63,482 nt of DNA, from the IMG/VR virus record IMGVR_UViG_3300000303_000014, positions 1-63,482 of that record, one strand, 5' to 3'. Positions 52,301-61,300 of the stretch are shown one piece after another. Each line of letters starts with the position of its first letter. Within the stretch, counting starts at the first letter, position 1. Under the pieces are notes generated by a model that saw only the letters and a list, made by a program, of their open reading frames with translations, had not been told where the DNA came from and made no database searches. The DNA is from a virus. The position numbers and the translations under genes are program-made.

Positions 52301-55300
52301 ACGGACACAACAGCCAACGTACAGCCTGAATGAAGAAATCACCATTACGGACGAGAACGGAAACACCGTGAGAGGAAGCATCACCGCAGATGCCAACGAG
52401 GACGGCCAATATGAGGTCTATACGGAAGCACCTATAAACGGCAGGAAAGTAAACCTGTTTACGGCAGAGGAGCTTGACAGGCTCCGGGCTGTTTCTGATG
52501 AAAATTTTCAGCAGAACGGAGAGGGAGCCATGGAAAACGGCAACAATGGTGCTGAAAATATTCCGCAGAATGGCAACATTGAGCCGCAAAATATTCCAGC
52601 ACCAACAGAAACCTTGCAAGTTGACGGGGAAACCTTGCAAGAAAACTTGCAAGCCGGTACCGATGGAGCATCGGCTCTCGAACGAATCCCGAAAGACGAG
52701 CAGGGGCAACCACTGTATGAGCAGGCCGACCCTGAAACGGCGTGGGATGCCATCGTTGAGCAAACGGAAGGTGACGAGGCTATGGCACAGAGCGTGGCCG
52801 ACAGCATGGTAGCCGATAAGGAAGCCGAATTGAAGAAGATTGAGAAGGTGAAGCCAAAAACCGGAACGACCATTGCAGAGAAGATTGCGGCCGAGCGTGA
52901 GCGGAAGAACGCCGTGGAACAGGCTAAAGCCAACCTTGCCTTGTGGCAGAAGATAGCGCAGACCTCCCAGCGCAGGAAGCAAGCCGCACTTGCCGAACAG
53001 TCGAAAGCAGCCGAGGAAGCCGCACGGCTTCGCCGGGCAGAGGAAGAAAAGCTCCGTGCCGAGCGTGAGGAAGCCGAACGCATACGCAGGGAGGCATTGA
53101 ACGGTGTGCCCGATTTCGTGGAAGATACGCCGCAGGACGCAAGGGCGAGAGGCTTCCGCAGGGTAAACGGCAACAAGGTTGACCGCCAACAGGCCATACC
53201 GACAAGGCAGGGCAACGAGGTTCAGGTGAAGTTTGATGACAACAACATACCAACCGGGCATGTCAGCCTGATTGACGCATCACAGTTGCAGCCGAGCCAC
53301 ATCAACGGACAGCGCAACCCCCTGCACTTCATTGACGAGGCGCAACCCAAAGAGCGCAATGACGAGGCAAGCGTCATGTCGGCACGTAAGATTGCGGCCA
53401 ACATACGCCCGGAGGAGATCACCTCGTCCGTTACGGCTTACACTGGCGCACCCACGGTGAACACGCGCGGCGAGGTGATACAAGGAAACAACCGCAGTGC
53501 GGCTTTGCGTGAAATGTGGGCGGAGCATCCCGAACAGGCGACGAAGTACAAGCAATACCTGACGGAACACGCCGCAGACTTCGGACTGGCACCCGAAGAT
53601 GTGGAAGCTATGCAGCAGCCTGTGCTGGTGAATATGGTAGACGTACCTGACGATGAAGCCATCAGCCTTGGACAGTTCGTTGCGCAGGACACCGAGAGCG
53701 GTGGAACAGAGCGCATCAAGCCGAAAAACATCGTTCAGAAAATGGGCGATGATATGAAAGGCTTTGCCGGACGGTTGCTTGCCTCGCCCGATGAGGAAAT
53801 GACATTCTCTGAATTGGTGGACCGCAATGGCATGGACGTATTGAAGTGGATGCAGGCAAAGAATTACATCACCCCAACACAGTACCGTAGCGCGTTCGAC
53901 AGCAAAGGCAATCTTACCGGCGAGGCCAAGAATGACCTTAAAGGCATAATGTATCAGAGTATTTTCCAAAATGGAAACACCCATTTGGAGGAAATGTTCG
54001 GCGCATTGCCTGCAAAGGCGCAGAAAGCGATACTGGCTACGGCGTACAGGGACTATGACAGCCCGAACTCTGAGCGCATGAACGCCGAACTGCAAGCTTC
54101 GATAAACGCATACTACGCCTTGTCGCAAATGCCCGACTTTGCAAATGCCAAGAACTACAAGGAGGCACGCAAGGCGGCAGAGGCATGGAAAAGGCAACTG
54201 TCTTTTGACGATGTTACCGGCGAAAGCTATCTTCCTTCAGAAAGATACAGTAACTTTGCGCTGTTGTTGGCCACAATGTACAAAGGGCAGACGCAAGTAT
54301 TCATACAGAATACACTGAAAAACATCTTTGACCTTGTACAAGGCACGAAAGAGGCTACCCTTTTTGAAGAGCCTAACAACACGCCGCGCACACTGGTAGA
54401 GGCTGTGAACGAGACGATGAACGGCCTTAGTGACGAATTATTGTTAAACGAGAATTTTATATACAATGGACAACGGAGAAATAATGTATTGGCTGGCGGT
54501 AGTGCAGCAGGCCAACAAGGGAGACAAGGAAGCGGTGGAGGTACTCCGTCAGGAGAACGAGTTGAGGGCGGAGACGGCACAGCCGACCGTCCAGGAGGAA
54601 CTGGAAGCGGTAGCACAGAGGAAGAAATAGAACGCCGTGAAGCGGAACTGGCTTCACGAGTAGAGGTAAGTGATGATGACTGGCAAGAGGGAGACAATGA
54701 AAAGCCGACCTACAAACGGAGCATCCTCATTGACGGCAAACATACCGCCACGCAAGTGGACCAACCCGACAAGGACGGTCATTATACCGGTTCCTATTTC
54801 GAGTTTGACAACAAGCGGTTTGGCGACATTGCCGAAATCGTCGATTACATAGACAGCGGCCATACGCTCGCCTCGAAGATTGCCCAAGCGGAAGCGGAAA
54901 CCGATACGGAGCCTACCGAAGCTCAGAAAGAGGCGGGCAATTACAAGAAAGGCCATGTGCGCATCGGTCAGTTCGACATCACCGTAGAGAATCCGAAAGG
55001 AAGTGTGCGCCGTGGAACGGATGCCAGCGGCAAAGCGTGGGAACAGACGATGCAGAACACCTACGGCTACATCCGTGGCACGGAAGGCGTGGACGGCGAC
55101 CATATCGACGTGTTCCTGACGAACGACATAGACGGCTGGAACGGCAGACGTGTTTATATCATTGACCAGTACAACGAGGACGGTACGTTTGACGAGCACA
55201 AGGTGATGCTGGGGTTCAACGATGAGGCAGACGCACAGGACGCTTATCTTTCCAACTATGAAAAGGGCTGGAGCTTCAAGCACAAGCTCGTCCTGTCCTC

Positions 55301-58300
55301 GGTCAACCTACCCGACTTCGAGAATTGGATTAACAGCAGCCACAGAAAGACAAAGCCGTTTGCGGAATACAAGAGCGTGAATAAGGCGGATGTGTCCAAT
55401 GAGCCGAATGTGCCGGAGGCTGGATTTGAGATTGCACCTGCACAGTACACCACAAAGCGTGGCAAGGTGCTTGACATGTTCCTTGTGACCTTCGCAGAAC
55501 CATTGAGCAAAGAACAACAACGGGCGGCAAGGGAACTTGCAAAGGCAGAAAAAGGCTGGTATGACCGCGACAAGGGAGGCTTCATGATGCGCAGCGAGGA
55601 AAGTGCATGTAAGTTGGCCGACACAATAACCGGCAACGAAGAAGCCGTGAGCGACGCACAACCGTTGTCGCTTGCAGACACCCGGAAGTTGGAAGAGCCT
55701 GTGATGAGGCAGGTGGATGTTGAGGGACTGATGCAGGAGATACACGAGAAGGGTGAAGCCAAGCTGAGCGACCATTTTGTGCCACAATCGGAACAGAACG
55801 AGGGAACAACACCGGATGCGGATAAAGTAGTGGATGACTTTCGTGATTCTACCTTTGGAAAGGGAATGAGTATTGAAGACTATTTGGAGACCGTTTCAGA
55901 TGTAGCACTCGATGTGTTAGAGGAAGCATATAAAGATAACAACAACATAACAGCAGCCATCGAGCAGGAGAAGTGGTTCAGAAAAAACAATGCACGAAGA
56001 GACACAAAACCGCAGCAAGTGAACATTGAGGGTTTGGTTGACGACCTGCGCGAGAGCGGGGAAGCCAAGCTGAGCGACCATTTTGTACCACAACCGGAAC
56101 AGAAAGAGGAAAACTATACGCAAAAAACAGAAAATTCGGAACAGGAAGAGGGAAACGCTTACGGTGCGAGCAACAAACTCGTTAGTCGTGAGCGATACGA
56201 GCAACTGAAAGCAAGGATGCGTAATAAGCTCGGCGGTCAGTTGAACATGGGCATTGACCCTGAAATACTGGCCATCGGTACGGAAATGGCCGCATACCAC
56301 ATTGAAGCCGGAGCGAGGAAGTTTGCCGACTATGCCACGCACATGATTGCAGATTTGGGCGATGCCATACGTCCTTATCTCAAATCGTTCTATAATGGCG
56401 CGAGGGATTTGCCCGAAGTACAGGAATCCGGCCTTGCTGGTGAAATGACCGCGTATGACGAAGTGCGCACGTTTGACGTGGCAAACTTCGACAAAGGACA
56501 TTCGGACGCTTTGGCCACCGCTGAAATGGTGGTGCAAGAGCAGGAAGCGGACAAACAGGCGGACGAAGCCAAGGAGAAACTAATCAACCAACGTAATGAA
56601 CAAAGGAGAAAAGAAGATGAACAGACAACAGCAGATACGACAGCTATTGCAAGCAAAGCAGAGGCTGTTGCAAGCAAAGCAGAAAGCGACATCGAAGCTG
56701 CAGCAACTGAGCAGCAAGTAAACAATGCCGTCGAAAGCATAGACAAGCAACTTGAAGAAGTCAACAAGCAGCTTGCGTTGCTCGGTTATTATGAGGCAGA
56801 GCCGGTTGAGAGCGACTTTAACGAGGCATACGGCTACATGCGCAATGCCGAGAAGAAAGCCGTTAAGGACGCGAACAACCTTGCCAAACGCCTTGTGAAC
56901 GATTTGGGCATTGACCCGAATAAGATTGTCGATAAGAAAGGCAAGAAGCGAAGGAGCATAGCCACGGCGAACATCGCCCCGGCAGGAGGCGAAATTTCCA
57001 TTTATCTGCCCTTGTCAAGTGAAGCCAACCTTTATCTGTCAATAGGTTTGGCACCCACATACGATCGAAAAGCCTCGACACCGTTAATAAACAGAGGCAA
57101 AGGCGGACGTTGGGAAGGTGACAATCTTGAAGTGGAACACATCATGTACCGTATTGAGCAGCCAAATTCAAACGGCAGTGAACGATATGGAAGTAACAAC
57201 TTTGCAGATACGGATGTGACTTATTCTGATTTACTGAAAGACATACGGAGAATATCTAAAAAGTATCTTCCCATAAAAGAGGAAGCAAAAGAGGAAAGCG
57301 GAGAGAAAAACAAGCCGAAAGATGCTAAGAATAAGAAAAAATCAGTATCTTCGCAAACGCAGGTAGCCGATTTGTTCGGAGGGCTGTTTGAGGAAAATGC
57401 AAGCACGGAAACCGTTGCGAGCCAAGGCAACGAACTTAACCGAAAATTCGCAATGACGGTTAAGGATGACATGCTTGCAGCCCTTGACAATGGCACGAAG
57501 CCGTATCGGAGCATATTGGACTTGCGCAAACGTGCAAGCGGTCTTGGCATGGAAGTGGACAATGACGGGCGCACCGACATCCTGCTTCAGGAGCTTGTGG
57601 AGGACGGATTGGTGAGAGCTGCCCGTGAAGTGGCGGAACGTCACGGCAGCGACAGCAGGGAAACCTACGACCTTATCTGCAAACTGTATGAAATGCAGCC
57701 CACCATTGCCGCACGGAGCAGCAACCGCATCAAGATGCAGCAATACTCCACCCCATTGCCCATGGCATGGAACGCGTCCAGATTCGTCATGACCGGGAAG
57801 AAAGACGGGAAAGTGCTGGAGCCGACAGCCGGAAACGGTATGTTGGTATTCGCCATACCGGCAGGACAAGTACACGCCAACGAACTTGACGGCACACGGT
57901 TGGCCAACCTGCGCGAACAAGGCTTTGCACAGGTGACGCAGCAGGATGCCACAGAGCCGTTCGAGGGTGGAGAGCAGTATGACGTGGTGATAGCCAATCC
58001 TCCTTTTGGGAGGCGGGAAGCCGTGGACTATGACGGAAAGCTGATAAGCGGTCTTGACCCACAGATAACGCTCAATGCTCTTGCCAGCATGAAAGATGAC
58101 GGACGTGCGGCCATCATCATTGGCGGAAATATGGGATATGGTGCCAATGGAGCCATAAACAATATGAAGCCTTTCTTCACTTACCTGTACGACCACTACA
58201 ATGTGAAAGGCGTGGTGGATATGGACGGGAGCCTGTATGCCAAGCAGGGTACGACCTATCCCACTCGAATGATACTGATAGACGGACGGAGAAGTGATGA

Positions 58301-61300
58301 GGAACGGGCGCAGAGTGCCGTATATCCGCCTGTGCAAAGCAAGGCCATCCGTAAGGCTGACAGCTTTGAAGCACTTTATGACATCATTGACGAAGTAATC
58401 AACTCAAAGGACAAGACAAATGGAACAGAAATTTTACGTAGCCAGCAAGGGCAACTCGTATCTGTCACTGACAAACCATCCCGGAACACTGACGGAAAGG
58501 GACATCGTGAACAACCTCGAACGAATGATGACGCTCGAAGCAGAGGAAGAGAGCGAAGAAATAAACCCGAAAACAATTCAGGAAGAAGCCAACAGGTTTT
58601 ACCAAGAGAACGTAGAGAGGATAATCGAAATGGTGAAACCCGGAACGAAGTTAGTGGAAATACCGCAGGAGGAAGCCGAGGAGTATCAGAACCTGACGTT
58701 CAGAGAGTGGGAGCAGTGGGAGCTTCCACGGAACGAGTGGGATTAATCCCCCAAAGGACAACAGAACAACCGAAGAAACGCACCCTTACAGAAGAAAAGA
58801 GTGCGTATAGGCCACACAACAGTGCTTTTTCCCTGCAAAGCGTAGCCCCTGCCGCCATGGTGGAGGCAATGGACCGTGTGCTGTCACAAATCGAAGAAAA
58901 GCATGGGAGCATAGATGAATTTGTCAGAAAAGAACTTGGCTATGATACGATAGATGAAGCTCATCAAGCCCTTGCCGCAGAACAAATAGACAGCGTGGCA
59001 ATGGCCATTTATCAGATGAAGCAAGGCCAAGCACTTATCATCGGTGACCAAACAGGCGTGGGAAAAGGCCGTCAGATGGCCGCACTTATCCGTTGGGCTG
59101 TAAAACGTGGAGAAAAGCCCATATTCATTACCCAAAAAGCAGACCTGTTTTCCGATATTTACCGTGATTTAGTAGATATAGGCAGCGGCGACCTTGTTCC
59201 TTTCATTTTCAATTCGGACGGAGCAATGGTTGACAGTAACGGAAATACAGTACACAAGCCTCTCTCATCCAAAGAAATGGCAAAAGTATTTGCCACAGGG
59301 GTATTGCCTGATGAATATGATTTTGCCGTCCTTACCTATTCGCAAGTGAACACTGGCGATGAAGTAAGCCAAAAGGAAATGGAGGAAGCCGCCAAAAAGA
59401 ACGGTGCCCGTTCAAAGAAAAGCAAGAACGTAAAAAGCGGGAAAGCCACTCCCAAAGCTACCTTCTTACGTGCCATTGCCGAGGACAACTACCTGTTTCT
59501 TGACGAGAGCCACACCGCAGCAGGTTCGAGCAATACTGGCGCATACTTGCAAAGCATCCTCCGCAGTGCGAAAGCGGCCACATTCGCCAGTGCGACTTTC
59601 GCCAAGCGCCCTGACACCATGCCCCTATACGCCATACGGACGGCCATGAGCCAAGCCAAGGTTGAACCCGACAAGCTGATAAGCATCATCGAGAAAGGCG
59701 GCGTGACCTTGCAGGAGATTATGAGCCGCGAGCTTACCAATGCCGGGCAGATGGTACGCAGGGAGCGTGACATGAGCGATGTCGTGACCGATTGGAAAAC
59801 CATAAACGACCCTGAAACCGTCAGGCGAGCAAGAGAGAACTACGACCGTACGATTGCTGCATTCAACGCCATTATCAAATTCCAGGAGGATTATGTCAAG
59901 CCGATGGTTGACGCAATGGATAAGGAGCTTGCGGTGATGGCAGAGAGTGCGGGTATTAAGAGGGGTACGGATAAAATGGGTGTAGAGAACGTTCCGTTTG
60001 CCAGCAAGACCTACAACTACACCAAGCAACTTATGCTTGCCCTTAAAGTGGATGCCATAGCCAATGAAGTGGATGCTGAAATAAAGGCTGGCAGACATCC
60101 GGTCATTGCGTTGGAAAGTACGATGGAAAGCAGTATCAAGGACTATTCCGCAGGAGAAGTCATTGCAGAGCCTACCTTCAGCGCAAGTTTGCTTAGAGGT
60201 CTTGACACCGTGATGCAATATACCATCAAGGACGAGAACGGAAAAGAACAGCATGCGCGTTACTCTCCTAAGCAGTTAGGTTCAGCCGGGGAGAAAGCCT
60301 ACTATGAATTGCAGGACTTCATCCGTGAGAGCACCAGCGACATTTTCATCAGTCCACTTGATGCCATTATTGAACGGTTGCACGATATGGGGTATAAGGT
60401 CGGTGAGCTGACCGGACGCAACTTGTACGTGGAGCGTGACAGTGAAGGCCGTGTAGTGGTGAAACGCAGGACAGACAAAGACAAAAAGAGGATGCAGCGC
60501 GAGTTCAACAATGGTGAGCTTGACGTGCTCATCCTCAACAAGTCCGCCTCGACCGGCATCAGCCTGCACGCATCTGAGAAGTTCAGCGACCAGCGTCAGC
60601 GGACGATGATCATCGCCCAGCCACTCAGCGACATCAACGACTATATGCAGATGATTGGCCGTATAGACCGCACAGGACAGGTACATAGGGGATATTATAT
60701 CAACCTCGGTTTGCCTGTACCGGCAGAAAACCGTTTTCTGATGATGCTGTCCACCAAGCTGAAATCGCTGAATGCCAACACAACCACCTCACAGGACAGC
60801 GAAAGCAACGAAGTGGAAGCTCCCGACCTTCTGAACAAATACGGTAGCCAAGTGGTTGTGGAATACCTGCGTGACAATCCTGACATATACGATAAGATGG
60901 GCACACCTTTGAAAAAAGGAGGGGAAGGCGGCGGACGTGTGCAAACCAGCGAGCTTGACGAGTATAAACCGCAAGAGGATGACGCACGTAAGATTACCGG
61001 TTACGTTGCTTTGCTGACCACTCAAGAGCAGGAAGAATTTTATGATGATGTGGTAAGGCGGTATAATGAACTCATCAAGTACCTGAACGACACGGGGAAC
61101 AATGATTTGAAGATAACCGTCATGCCGCTACGTGCCAAGACGTTGGAAAAACGTGTGTCATCTGAAGGAATAGACCCGACCGGTGCCAACCCCTTTGCAC
61201 AAAACTCATACGTTGAGCAGGTTGAAATGGATGTGTTGCGCAAGCCGATGAAAGCAGCCGAGATACGCAAGACTATTGAACAGGTCAATAAAGGGAAACG

